Below, piece by piece: positions 41,688 to 54,214 of a stretch of DNA of 64,000 bases. The notes under the pieces are model-generated. The model searched no databases and was not told the DNA's origin. It saw nothing but the letters and a program-made list of their open reading frames with translations. The stretch's first letter is position 1; each line of letters opens with the position of its first letter. The stretch comes from the human T2T-CHM13v2.0 reference genome, Homo sapiens. Made by a program: the position numbers and the translations under genes. The stretch lies in the NCBI RefSeq assembly GCF_009914755.1, contig NC_060927.1; one strand, given 5' to 3'.

Positions 41688-41990
41688 GGCCGGGCACGGT
41701 GGCTCACACCTGTAATCCCAGAACTTTGGGAGGCCAAGGTGGGTGGATCAGGAGGTCAGGAGATTGAGAGCATCCTAGCTAACACAGTGAAACCTCGTCT
41801 CTACTAAAAATACAAAAAATTAGCCAGGCATGGTGGTGGATGCCTGTAGTCCCAGCTACTCAGGAGGCTGAAGCAGAAGAATGGCATGAACCCAGGAGGC
41901 AGAGCTTGCAATGAGCCAAGATTGCACCACTGCACTCCAGCCTGGGCAACAGAGCATGACTCCATCTCAAAAAAAAAAAAAACAAAAAAA
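41688..41990 (+). mobile_element. AluY, CpG-decayed
   Basis: ctaacacagtgaaac, gaatggcatgaacc, gagcttgca; TSD core TGCAGGTGGT on both sides. Confidence 0.93.
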
Positions 41991-42569
41991 TGCAGGTGGT
42001 CAAACTTTGTTAAAGTTTGTTAGTATAAGTTTAACAAACTTTGTTAGCATAAGTTGTTAGTTTAGAGAATCAAGTAGAGTGATAGGTCTGTGCAAAATGA
42101 ACTGGGTAGGATGTTGAAATAGTGGGAGATTCAGGAAAGAAACTAACAATCAGATTGACGATGGAGAAAAAATAATTTTGAAAGCAGAGTTTCAGACTAT
42201 TTAAATCCATGAGATCAACACAAAAAAAGTGAAGATAGAAAGATAGAATAAAAGTAAATATGTTGAAATTGGTAATATTGTGAGGTAAGGGAAAATACGA
42301 TTTAATAACAAAGATTTAAATCTAAGAAAAGAGGAATAGCAAGGGTCCTCCAAAGTCTTACAAGAAGTGGATATTTGAAGGCTTTTAGTTTTAGTTAGCA
42401 ATATTCCCCAAACCTGCTTTAAACCAATTCTATGCAGCTTAGTATTTTTCAGGAGAGATGTATTCATAAGCATTATTGCAAGGAAGTACCAGGTCCCAGT
42501 GGTCACTGAGAAGCTGTGCCATCTTAGGCAGTCATTTAATATCTCTCAGCCTTTGTTTCATTTTAAAAG

Positions 42570-43530
42570 TAATTCAATATATGTGTATAAACCACCAACT
42601 CTCTGGGCTTGGTAGTGCTCTAGATATAGAGGATATTGCAATGAATTTTAAAAGTTTTCATTTATGGAGCTTAGAGCTAAATAGGAGAAAAAGAAAATAA
42701 ATCAGCACACAGATATTATGTCAGATAGTGGTAAAAAGCTATGAAAAAAAATAGAGTTATACTGGTGGGGTGGGGATTGGGATTGAAACTTTATAAGGAG
42801 ACCTGATGCAGTGAGACAGGCAAATGCATTTGAAGATAGGGGATAAGTGCAAAGGTCTTAAGGTAGCAGTGTGCTAGGAAGTGCACTAGGAACAGCAATG
42901 AGACCTGGTGAGCAGTAAAGAGAGTGGAAGAAAATGTCAGTCAGAAGAGAGAATCCAGCATGAAGGGACCCTTCAGGACAAGAGATGGCTTCAGGATTGA
43001 AACCGAAATGCGCCACGAAGCCTTTGGAGGGTGAAGATCAGGGGATCATTCAGGCTACTGGGCAAATAACAAACTGTAGAGTTAGAGAATATCCATTTGG
43101 GAGATTTTTGTTGTAATTCAAATTAGAGATAATGATTGCTTAGAGGAGGGTGGTAATGGTGGAGACTGTCATACATGAGGTGGGTGGTAATGGTAGAGAC
43201 TGTCATACATGGTACAGTTCTGGGTGGATTTGATGTACAGTCTGAGAAGACATGAACAAATAAAAATGACTTACTCCAAATTTTTAGCTTGAGAAACTGT
43301 TCAAAAACTGTTCAATTTACTAAGATGGAGAACATGAAGGATGGAGCAGATTGGAACTAGGGGTTGGGAAGACAAAGTTCTGGTTTAGATAGGTAAAATT
43401 TGAGTGGAAATATTTAGATGGAAAATTAAGTCAATAGCCCACTGTGTATTTCTGCAGCTCTGGAGGTAGGTTGGAGCTGGTAATATTAGTTGGGAACCAT
43501 TAGCATGTGACCCTCTCATAATTGTAAAAG
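42570..43530 (-). mobile_element. L2a-like 3' fragment
   Basis: gatattatgtcagatagtggtaaaaagctatg; aagtgcaaaggtcttaaggtagcagtgtgc; tttactaagatggagaac. Confidence 0.75.
43143..43210. repeat. 34-bp tandem duplication
   Basis: gagg(a/t)gggtggtaatggt(g/a)gagactgtcatacat x2. Confidence 0.95.
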
Positions 43531-43841
43531 GTATTACAAGACCCCTAATCTGATTTATGTATTTTGTATACATTGTTTCATAATCTCCCTTCTAAATTTT
43601 CTTTCTGGAAACTTTAAATAAGAAGCAACTCTTTAATTCTCAAAAGATTATACTCTGAAATTACATTAGCAGTTAGATTTTTAAAAAATTGAGTAAAAAT
43701 TTGATTTCCTGAAATATTTCTTGGTTGGTCATTATTCAGTCTTAACAAATTACACAGAAAGTCCACATAAGAGACTTTAGAACATACAAAAACAGTACTT
43801 CTGATGTACAGCTTCTCTGTTCTGCATTAGACCCTCTCACC

Positions 43842-44159
43842 TTTTGTTTGTTTGTTTTTGTTTTTTTTTTGACACAGAGTCTTGCTCTGTCACCCAGGCT
43901 GGAGTGCAGTGGCGTGATCTCTGCTCACTGCAAACTCCGTCTACTGGATTCAAGAGATTCTTCTGCCTCAGCCTCAGCCTCTCAAGTAGCTGGGATTACA
44001 GGCATGTGTCATCACGCTCAGCTAATTTTTGTAGTTTTAGTAGAGACAGGGTTTTGTTCTGTTGGCCAGGCTGGTCTCGCACTCCTGACCTCACGTGATC
44101 CACCCCGCTTGGTCTCCAAAAGTGCTAGGATTACAGTCATGAGCCCACTGCGCCTGGCC
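43842..44159 (-). mobile_element. AluS (Sx/Sz-like)
   Basis: Full dimer, gttggccaggctggtctcgcactcctgacctcacgtgatccaccc; internal 6-bp duplication gcctca. Confidence 0.93.
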
Positions 44160-44212
44160 ACTTCTCAACGATTCTTCTATACCCTGTAATTTTAAGTCGT
44201 CTAGACCTTCTA

Positions 44213-44508
44213 CAGTAGTCCCTCCTTATCCACAGTTTACATTTTCCATGGTTTCAGTTATTTGCAGTATAGTACAGTGAGATATTGTGTGAGAGAGACC
44301 ACATTCATATAACTTTTTATTACAGTATATTGTTATAATCATTCCATTTTATTATGAGATACTGTTCTTAATCTCTTACTGTGCCTAATTCCTAAATTAA
44401 ATGTTATCACAGGTACCTGTGCATAGAAAATATAAAATATAGAGGGTTTGGTACTATATGCAGTTTCAGGCATCCAAGAGGAGTCTGCAGGTTAGGGGGA
44501 GCGACAGT
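44213..44508. mobile_element. MER44 (Tigger7-derived TcMar) element
   Basis: ta|cagtagtccctccttatccac TIR; gagagagaccacattcatataactttt; ggtactatatgcagtttcaggcatcca. Confidence 0.85.
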
Positions 44509-45074
44509 ACTACTTTAAACTTCCCTTACAGATATGCTAATGGTTAACGATGCCCCTTGCAAAGTTTATGGCTCTTCGCATCATTTATTCTGAGCTGAAA
44601 GAAAAATGGACACCCAAATCTTTTGCACAGCTCCACGATCCCATGTCTCTCCATGGAGGAAAGGTCTACAATATTTAAGAGAAAATAAAAAATAAAGAGC
44701 AATATTTTTTATAACCACGATAAAGTTTCATTTTACATAGGAAGTATACTTTTAGTTAATTGAAAATGAAATTCCTTAGGCTGCTGATACCCTCTGGTAA
44801 ATACTTCTACTTCATTTGAAGTAAAAGTGATTCTACTTCATAGAATTTACAAATGTAGTAATTTTTTCTGAATCTGCCAAACTGACTTAAAACCTCTATT
44901 TTTTAAGAAAAAACGCAATGGAAGATTCACTGCAGAAAAAAATAAATAAAACAAACAGTTGTGAATGGCTAGTGAAGGAGGATGAAAAATATTATCTTGC
45001 GTGCAGAAGCAACAATAGAAAGCCTTGAATAACTATATTTAATTGTCTATGTTAAAAACAAATTACTGTTGTTT

Positions 45075-45330
45075 CCTTAAAAGCTTTTCTTATCATGTAC
45101 AGAAGAAGGCACACAGTAGATGTTCTGCATTTTGACTTCAGTAAAATGCCTGTTAAAATGTGTCGTGAAATATAACCCAGAAAATTGGTTTAAATTGACT
45201 TGCAAAAAGACACTGTAGTATGAATTAAAAACTAGATAAATCATGAGAAAGATCAGTGATCATTGCAACTGTGGCCTCTCTGTTTGAGGTCTTAGTGTTT
45301 AGTTAACCTTTTTATTAGGGATGTTTTTAT
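45075..45330 (+). mobile_element. CR1/L3 LINE RT remnant
   Basis: gtagatgttctgcattttgacttcagtaaa translates VDVLHFDFSK (CR1-type VDVIYLDFSK); downstream TVV*IKN* resembles WIKNWL. Confidence 0.6.
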
Positions 45331-45393
45331 CACTGCAGTCTGCAAATGTAGCAGTTTAGAAAATGCCTGATTCGCACTGGTACTCAGATGAGC

Positions 45394-45907
45394 TGTATAT
45401 TGGATTAAAGATGACCACAAATCATGTGACACTATTTCCATCAAAATGTGGAGTTTATTTCCCATTCCCATAAATGTGGGCAAGTTCCGTGACTGCTTTG
45501 ACCAATAGGATACAGAAGTGACCCTGTGATAATTTTCTGATCCAGAGCTATAATCTCCTACTCCTATTTCACAGAATATGTAATTTTTGACTTGTTCCCT
45601 CTGGGATCTCAGCCATTCTCCTGTGAGAAACCCAAACTGCACAGTAAAGGCACACATAGGAGCTTCAGAAGACAGACTAGCTGAACTGCAAGATGATAGC
45701 AAGGATCAACTGCTGCCTTTGTGGTAAAACTACCCAGCCCAATAGTGTCAATGCATGATGCCAGTCCCAGCCGCCATCTGATGACAATTGCATAAGGAAT
45801 CCCAGGCAACAACTCCAAAGAAGCCCTGCAACCCACAAAACTATGAGAGATTATATGTTTCAGGTGGAGCTGGGGGTGGTTGTTCAACAGCAGTAGACAA
45901 CTGCAAC
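45394..45907 (+). mobile_element. MLT1G-like LTR
   Basis: gattaaagatgaccacaaat...gtggagtttatttccc...gtgactgctttgaccaatag ... cagcagtagacaactgcaaca. Confidence 0.75.
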
Positions 45908-47739
45908 ATCCTGTCAAATAGAGGCCAATGTCGTATATAAAACATAAAAATATCATCCCTCAGCACAAGGAGATGCTCCCATTGATTTACATTGAAAAGC
46001 ATTTGAGGATACATATACTGAATATTGAGATAAATCTGCATACAAATTTAATCTCTAACCCTCCAAAAATCTTTCATAAATCTATTTTTTAAATTTCTCT
46101 TTGAAAGTCAGTGAAAGGAGAAAATAGTTTTGCTGTATCTGCTTTATTAGATAGTCTGATTTATTTAGTTATATTAAAAATATACATATATTATTTTAAA
46201 AGGTTAATAGGACTTATTTTTATTATTTTACTGATGTTGGATGATATTATACAGATGTCAGATTATATTTTAATAGGCAAACGGAATTTAAGCTGTATTT
46301 AAATTTATAAAAAAAAAAGCATTCTAAAGCAAAACAAAGTATCTCCTGTGTAAACAGTATTTACCATTTCAAAGAATAAGTGTGACACTTATGAAATAGT
46401 GGTGAACATAGTAGCCTTTTAGCCCCTAGTAGGCCCTCAACAACAACCTGTTAATCAACTGATTGATGGACTAGTCTACACACAGAGGTTCCATGTCATA
46501 AAGACAGACAACTTTGTACATCTTGGTTATATCCTGCATGCAAGGAAATGCTTCAGGCCACAAGGCAAACGCATTTATATAAATCAACATCTGCAGGACT
46601 CTTAAGTCTTTCTATCATCAATCTTTATCTAACTCTTTGACAGTTTATGTCATAGTATTAAACACCCCAGTACAATCTGGGTCTGGATTTTAGACATGGC
46701 AATTGATTCCAGACTGTCTTTAATTCTTTAAAAGAGTAAGAGAGAGATTTGAGTCAACTTGCTATTCTTTTTCCATAGAAATTATACACAGGAATTAAAA
46801 TGCTGACATTTAAGTATCTCATAATGCTTTGAGAACTAATTTAGATTTTCTCTTTGCAAAAATCTTTTGAATAAAAAAATTGGAAAGAGCAACCAGACAC
46901 TTCAAATACTATGAACTTTGAAATTGCCACCTCCATTTAAAAAAAAAAATTCTTTATCTCCCTGCATTCTAGAACTCTGATCAGCAAATGCAGTCTGTCA
47001 CCAACTTTGACTGGGACTCATGCCAACGCTGAAAATTTTCACCTTATCAAGACTCTTTAACCTCTTTCTATGTGTGCCACTTTGCTTAAAAGGGATGAGT
47101 CTGAAAGAAAAGACAGTGGGTTTATATATAAAGTCAGCCTGGTGAGAAGAATGAGGAAGGGAGTAATGTGAAAATGTCAGAAAAAAATGATGCTTTCTTG
47201 GCATTCCCCGCCTTTTGGTATGTGTGGGAGACCTTTTTAGTATTTCCACCAGAATAGAGGGACACAAATAAAATTGGGATGAGATACAGAATTTCTCCTC
47301 CTGATATTTCCTTTATCCCAAAATATACTTGAATCAGAGGAAGAATAAAACACTTTTTCTCCTTTCTGTAGGTCCTTATTTTTCTCTCAGTTGCTTTTTT
47401 AACCACTGCTTATATTGAATCTCAGAATACAATGTGTGTGTTGTGGGGGTAGGGCATGTATGGAGTGTATGAAAGTATTTTTTAAACAAGTTAAATCCTG
47501 AAGTTTTGAAGTAGATAGCAAGGTTACAGAGGGTGTCACATTGGGAGACATTTGGCAGCAGGTTTTTTCATGCTTTATCTATTAGATGGTAAACATGACT
47601 GTTTTGGAAAGTTTCCCTAATTCTCTGTTGGATGTTGTTTCACAGAGATTATCAGCCTAAGTGAGACAAAAATGAATCTGCAAAAATGAAACATTATATA
47701 GAGTTGTACTACATTTAAGGTCCTAGAAATGTTTCTCGA

Positions 47740-48814
47740 GACATCTGACATAAAAACCAAAATGCCAAGTTCAGACTCAAAATTTCACTGATGAGTTTTA
47801 TCAAATATTTAAATAAGCAGTGTTATACAAACTCTTCTAGTGAAGAGAAAAAAGAGAAATATTGACCAATTTGTTTTATGGTCAATAAAAAATACGCAGT
47901 AGGTAATTACATGACAGGAAAATTGCAAGTCGATTTTTCTCATAAGCAGAGATATAAAAATGTATATATACATAAAATAAAACCTTAAAAATAGAAAATT
48001 TAATCTAGAGATACATAAAATGGATACCACAATTCAGTTTAGAAATAACATTATTACGAGAAAAACATCTAAGCATGTGGAAAGATATATTAAGAAAATA
48101 GATTAGAATATCAGGATTTTCAAGATGAATCTTCTCCCAAATAGCATTTACGCATTTATTACAATTACAATTAAAATACTAGTTTTTTTCTTCCTGGCAT
48201 AAGTGGTTGGCTTATTCTAAAATTTACATGGAAATGAAAAGGGCCAAAAGAGCAAGAGAATCTTGAGAAAAAAAAAAGGGGGCAAGCTTGAGGTATTACC
48301 AAAAATTAACATAATATTAAATCAACAGTACTTTATTAAGACAAAACATAGGCCAATGAGACAGAACACAGAATGGAGAAATAAAATCATACATATATGA
48401 AACAGCATTCAGAGTTGAGCAACAGATCCCTACATATATGTCACTTGATTGATAATAAAGATAACACTGAAATTTAAAAGTCAAGTTAAGTCTTTTCAAT
48501 AAAATTTCTAGGTCTTGGATATCAATATGAATAATTTTCAATCTTGATCCACAACTCACACCATGCAGAAAACACCATCTGGACTGTAGATCAAAATGTG
48601 GAAAGTAAAACAACAAAGCTTCTATAAAATAATACAGGAAAAATTCTTCATAAACTTGAGGTAGGTAAGAATTCCTTAATCAGGACACATAAAGCACTAA
48701 TTATAAAGGATGAAATGATAAGTAATACTATATCAAAATTTTACATTTTTATCTATCAAAAGATGTCATCAAGTAAAAAGGCAAAACACAAACTGGGAAA
48801 ATATAGAGCACATA

Positions 48815-48864
<50 letters not shown>

Positions 48865-50877
48865 GCACACAACTTTTATCCAGAAAATATTTCTAAATTA
48901 AACAAACAATAAGAAAAAAGATAACACAGCAAATATTTCAAAACCAAAAGGAATATCCAACTGGTTGACAAACGCATAATAAGGTGCTCAAGATTTTTAG
49001 TCATCAAGGAAATGCAAATTAAAACCAAAATGAGATATTACTATATACCCACTAGAATGACAAAAATAAAAATATTGACATTAATAGGTAGTCAAGCAAC
49101 TAGAATTCTCATCAACTATTAGAGTGTTTTTGTTATTATTGGTAGAAAATGTTATTGGTGGAATTATTTTGGTGGAATAATTTTTATTGGTGGAAATAAA
49201 AATTTTTTGACCACTTTAGTAGGAATAAAATTTGTTGAACCTTTTGGGAGAACAATGTGACTTTCACATTATCTAGGTAAGTTGAACACAGGTATATACT
49301 ATGACCCTAGAATTTTACTCCTAGGTATATACTAAAGAAAAAAGTATGAATTTTTACCAAGACATGAAAAAAGAATGTTCATAACAGCATTATTTATAGT
49401 ACATCCCAGACAGAAAACAATCCAAGATTATCAAGATTAAAATATAAACATATGATGATACACGATGAGAACTATGTGACAGTGATAATGTATGAACTTC
49501 TTTTACTTGAAACAACACAGGTGAATTTTACATATGCCATGTTGAGCCAAACAGTGTATATATTATATGGTTTCCTTTGTATAAAATTCAAAAATTGGCT
49601 AAACTAATTCAAGATAGTGGTTGTCTTTGGGTGAGGGGATAGTGACAAAAGGATCAAGAGATATTTTCTTGGTAGTGGCAATGTTCCTCTTTTTTTTGTC
49701 TTCATCTGTTATAGTAGTTACACTATACACCTTTTTTTGTAAAGTATCAAACTCTGTATCTATGAATTGTGTATTTTTCTACTTGAAGGTTATACTTCAA
49801 TGCAAATTTTGTTTAAAAAAATATTAAAGCATTGTCAGTAGATTTACTTTTGTCAGATTTGACAATTTGATTTGATACTTTATATACAAATGCAAATGGC
49901 AAGAAAATTCAAGACTCTCTTGTAAGAAACAAGGCAAGAGGATTTATTATACATGAAATGAAGACATTTTATAGAAAAACATAGGTAAGGCAAGATAAAA
50001 TTGGTGTAAGAATAGGGAAATAAACCAAGGAAATACAACACAATAATCCAGAACCAAACCCACATGTATATGACTGCTTGAGCTACAAGGAAGGTCACAT
50101 GTCAGAGCAGTCTTTTCAATAACTGCTAGTCAAGGAAATAGCTAACAAAAACAACAAGAATGATAATAACAACTCATCTAACAGTCAACAATAAGCAACA
50201 AGTGGCTCATATTCGGAATATAGAGGAACTCTTATAAACCAATAAGAAAAAGCAAAATAACCAATAGAAAAAGAATAAGCAAGAAGCCTAAACAGAAACA
50301 TCTCAAAAGAATACATCCAAATGAAAAATAAACTCTTGAAAAGGAGCTCAACTTCAGACATCAGGGAAATGATACATGAAATAACAGTGAAATATGATTA
50401 CAGATTGAAAATAATTTTTAAAACTTTCAATATTAATGTTAGAGATCATGTGACACAAGTAGAAATCTCACAGAATATTAGTGGAAGTATAAATTCTCTA
50501 CAACTACTTGGGAAAAACGTTTTGTCTGTGTCTGCTAAATTTAAACATACTTATGCCCAATGACTAAGCAATTTCACTCCTATATATATACAACAATCAT
50601 ATGCACATATTCTTGCAAATGTTTTGGTGTACATATCTATGAAATAATTGTTAAAATCAGACTAAAATGTTCATCAATAATTCAATGGACACATATGTTG
50701 TAGTATAGTCACACAATTGAAATACTACACAATGACAATAAGCAAACCAAAGCTATACACACAAAGATAAATGTAAACAAAATGCTCAATATAAGAAGAC
50801 ACAAATGAAAATATATTAAATTATTCTCTTTATAGTAACTTTTAAATGTGCACAATTGATCTATGGTATTCAAAGTT
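47740..50877 (+). mobile_element. Old L1M (L1ME/MD-like) ORF2-3'UTR fragments, at least two copies
   Basis: attctaaaatttacatggaaatgaaaagggcc; tagtcatcaaggaaatgcaaattaaaacca; second pass tttatatacaaatgcaaatggcaaga at ~49880. Confidence 0.75.
48816..48870. repeat. (CA)n microsatellite
   Basis: About 18 perfect CA units plus an interrupted extension. Confidence 0.95.
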
Positions 50878-50994
50878 AGATTACAAAGCTAAAAAGCTTC
50901 TGCACAGCAAAGATTAATAACCAGAATATATTAAGAGCTCAAATAGCTCAATAGCAAGAAATCAAATAATCTGATTTTTTAAATGGCCAAGGAC
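50878..50994 (+). mobile_element. L1MA-type ORF2 fragment (left piece; probably continues at 58281)
   Basis: aagctaaaaagcttctgcacagcaa...ctcaatagcaagaaatcaaataatctgatt. Confidence 0.65.
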
Positions 50995-53282
50995 GAGGGG
51001 ACCAAGATGACAAACTAGAAGAAGCTCATGTGTGTCGCCTTCACGGAGAAGAAACAAAAGGGCTAGTGAACACTGACCCTGCAGGCCAATTATCTGAGAA
51101 ACCATGTTGGGAACCATCAAAGCAGGAGTGAGACACAGAAAGCACACAGGAATGAAGCTTGACACCAGATTGGGCTCAGCATGGAGCCAGGAGAACCTCT
51201 CCAACATGGGAAAGGGTGAGTAAGAGACCCCAGGGAGATTCATGCGCTCCACAGAGACCTGTGTAAGACTGGAAATGGGAGAATCCCCTGCTCCACACCC
51301 CGTACCCTCCCGGCATGCTTCTAGACTGAGGCAGAGAGCCACAGGACATTTTGCCCGGGCAACTCTTGAGTCCAACAGGACATTTATAAGCCTCGTGCCT
51401 TGGAGCAGACCAGCACCGGTGCCATAGCCCAGTAGAGACTGCAGTTGTGGTGCCTGAGAGCAGTAAGATTGCTCCACCTCTAGCTCCTCACCAGATGGAG
51501 CTGACAGCTTTCTACTCAGTGGTCCCACTTTGGCCTAAAGTCAGCTGGACACTTTACACACCCCTGCCAGTGGTGGTCAAGCAGACAATGCCTGCTAGAA
51601 CTTCTGGCCCAGTAGTCACACTTCTGTGTGGACCCAGTCATAGGGCACAGCCTCTTGTTGTTGTGGGACATGCCTGGACTGCAGGGCAGGTAACTCCAGC
51701 CACCCCCACCAGTAGAAGCCAGGTGGGCAATGCCTGCTAGAGTTTCTGGCCAAGTGGTCCATTTCTGTGGGAACTTAGCTAAAGCGCAGCCTCCTGTTGT
51801 CCCTGGAAGCACCTGGACGCACCTGGACAGCAGGGCAAGCGACTCCATCCACCCCTGCTGCTGATAGCCAGGCTGGCAATGCCTGCAAGAACTTCCGGCT
51901 CGCTGGTACTGTTTCTATAGGAACTTAGTTAGTGGGCAAAGCCTCCTGTTGTCTGAGAGAGCACCTGGATGGCAAAGTGGGTATCCCGATTCAACTCTAC
52001 CACTGGAAGCCAGGTGAGCCACGCCTCCTAGAGCTTTCAACCCAGTAGTCCCACTTCTGCCTAAATTTGCTGAAGGGTACACCCTACTATTGCCCTGGAA
52101 ACATGCAGACAGCAGAGCAGGCAACTCCACTCACCCCTACCTTTCACAGCCAGATGGGCTATACCTGCTGGAGTTTCCAGCCCAGGGAGCCTGCTTCTGC
52201 CTGAGCTCTGTGGGCAGGCACAACCCCGTGTTTCCCCAGGAAGCACACGGACAGCAGATTAGGGCTGGCACAGCAAGGATATAGCTTGTCTGTCCACCGT
52301 GGGTCCTGCCTCAGGGAGCTCCATGAACCAGAACACCCAGCAAAAGAAATGTAGGCAAGGAGATAGTAATCAGAGGGGCCTCCTTCATGATCCAGGAGTG
52401 CACTATAATCAAAACAAGTCAACAGAACCCACCTTATACCGTAACCAAACAATCAAGAGCATTGAAGAAGATAAAAATGAATGAACAAACACATCTAAAG
52501 GATAGCAACATCCAACACTGAAGGAATATTAGCTCACACAGATGAGAAAGGACCAGTGCATCACAATAGTTCCCCAGCAATGGTTCTTAACTAGACTGAA
52601 ATGACAGAAATAGAATACAGTAAATGAATAGGAATAAAGATCATATTCAGGAGATAGATGAAACTCAATCTGAGAATTCTAAGGAATATGATAAAACAAT
52701 GTAGGAGATGAAAGGTGAAATGGCCATTAAAAAAAAAACACAACAAACTGAGCTGATAGAGCTGGAAAACTAACTTCCAGAACTTCAGAATACAATAACA
52801 AGCATTAAGGGCAGAATTGACCACTGAGGAAAGAATCTCAGAGCTCAAAGATCTGTTCTCTGAAATAACTATCAGACAAAAATAAAGAAAAAACAATAAA
52901 GAAGATCGGAAAAAAAAAAAAAAAACACTGACAAATATGGAATTATATAACAAGACCAAATTTGCAATGCATTGGCACCCCTGAAAGAGAGAAAGCAAGC
53001 AACTTGGAAAACACATTTCAGGATATCATTCATGAAAATTTCCCCAACCTTGCTAGAGAGGCCAACATTAAAATTCAGGAAATGCAGAGAAGCCTTGCAA
53101 AATATTATACAAAAAAACCATTCCCAAGATACATAGTCATCAGATTCTCTAAGGCTGAAATGAAACACAAAATGTTAAAGGCAGCAAGAAAGAAGAGGCA
53201 GATCACCTACAAAGGGAAGCTCATTAAACTAACAGCAGACCTGTCAGCCAAAACTCAACAAGCTAGAAGAGATTGGAGGCCT
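50995..53282 (+). mobile_element. Older primate L1 (L1PA13-16/L1P4-like) 5'UTR and ORF1
   Basis: gggggaccaagatgacaaactagaag start; GC-rich tandem 5'UTR; ORF1 remnant ENTFQDIIHENFPNLAREANIKIQEMQR...QARRDW. Confidence 0.88.
51586..52265 (+). repeat. ~142-bp monomer array (about 5 copies) in the old L1 5'UTR
   Basis: Unit starts (caatgcctgctag-like) at ~51586, 51728, 51877, 52020, 52159. Confidence 0.85.
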
Positions 53283-53294
53283 AGGTAGGTGGGT

Positions 53295-54214
53295 GCTGGC
53301 AGCCAAGATGGCCGAATAGGAACAGTTCCAGTCTACAGCTCCCAGCGTGAGCGATGCAGAAGATGGGTGATTTCTGCATTTCCATCTGAGGTACCCGGTT
53401 CATATCACTAGGGAGTGCCAGACAGTGGGGGCAAGACAGTGGGTGCAGCGCACCATGCGTGAGTCGAAGCAGGGAGAGGCATTGCCTCACTCGGGAAGCG
53501 CAAGGGGTCAGGGAGTTCCCTTTCCTAGTCAAAGAAAGGGGTGACAGACAGCACCTGGAAAATCAGGTCACTCCCACCCTAATACTGTGCTTTTCCAACA
53601 GGCTTAAAAAACGGCGCACCAGGAGGTTATATCCCGCACCTGGCTCGAAGGGTCCTATGCCCATGGAGTCTCGCTGATTGCTAGCACAGCAGTCTGAGAT
53701 CAAACTGCAAGTTAGCAGCCAGGCTGGGGGAGGGGCGCCCGCCATTGCCCAGGCTTGCTTAGGTAAACAAAGCAGCCGGGAAGCTCGAACTGGGCAGAGC
53801 CCACCACAGCTCAAGGAGGCCTGCCTGCCTCTGTAGGCTCCACCTCTGGGGGCAGGGCACAGACAAACAAAAAGACAGCAGTAACCTCTGCAGACTTAAA
53901 TGTCCCTGTCTGACAGCTTTGAAGAGAGCAGGGGTTCTCCCAGCATGCAGCTGGAGATCTGAGAACAGGCAGACTGCCTCCTCAAGTGGGTCCCTGACCC
54001 CTGACCCCCGAGCAGCCTAACTGGGAGGCACCCCTCAGTAGGGGCAGACTGACACCTCACACGGCCGGGTACTCCTCTGAGACAAAACTTCCAGAGGAAC
54101 CATCAGACAGCAGCATTCACGGTTCACGAAAATCCGCTGTTCTGCAGCCACCACTGCTGATACCCAGGCACACAGGGTCTGGAGTGGACCTCTATCAAAC
54201 TCCAACAGATCTGC
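53295..54214 (+). promoter_or_regulatory. L1 5'UTR internal sense/antisense promoter region (YY1 site CAAGATGGCC)
   Basis: gccaagatggccga at 53302-53315; partly CpG-decayed L1PA 5'UTR; activity unknown. Confidence 0.7.
53563..53745 (-). pseudogene. L1 ORF0, prematurely stopped (60 aa)
   Basis: MAGAPPPAWLLTCSLISDCCASNQRDSMGIGPFEPGAGYNLLVRRFLSLLEKHSIRVGVT*; ATG at 53745-53743. Confidence 0.85.

Noticed and set aside
50962-51528. 188-aa minus-strand ORF
   Set aside because: Lies antisense in the GC-rich 5'UTR of an old L1; expected by chance
51586-52265. CRISPR-like or novel array
   Set aside because: Head-to-tail diverged monomers without unique spacers, inside an L1 5'UTR in human DNA
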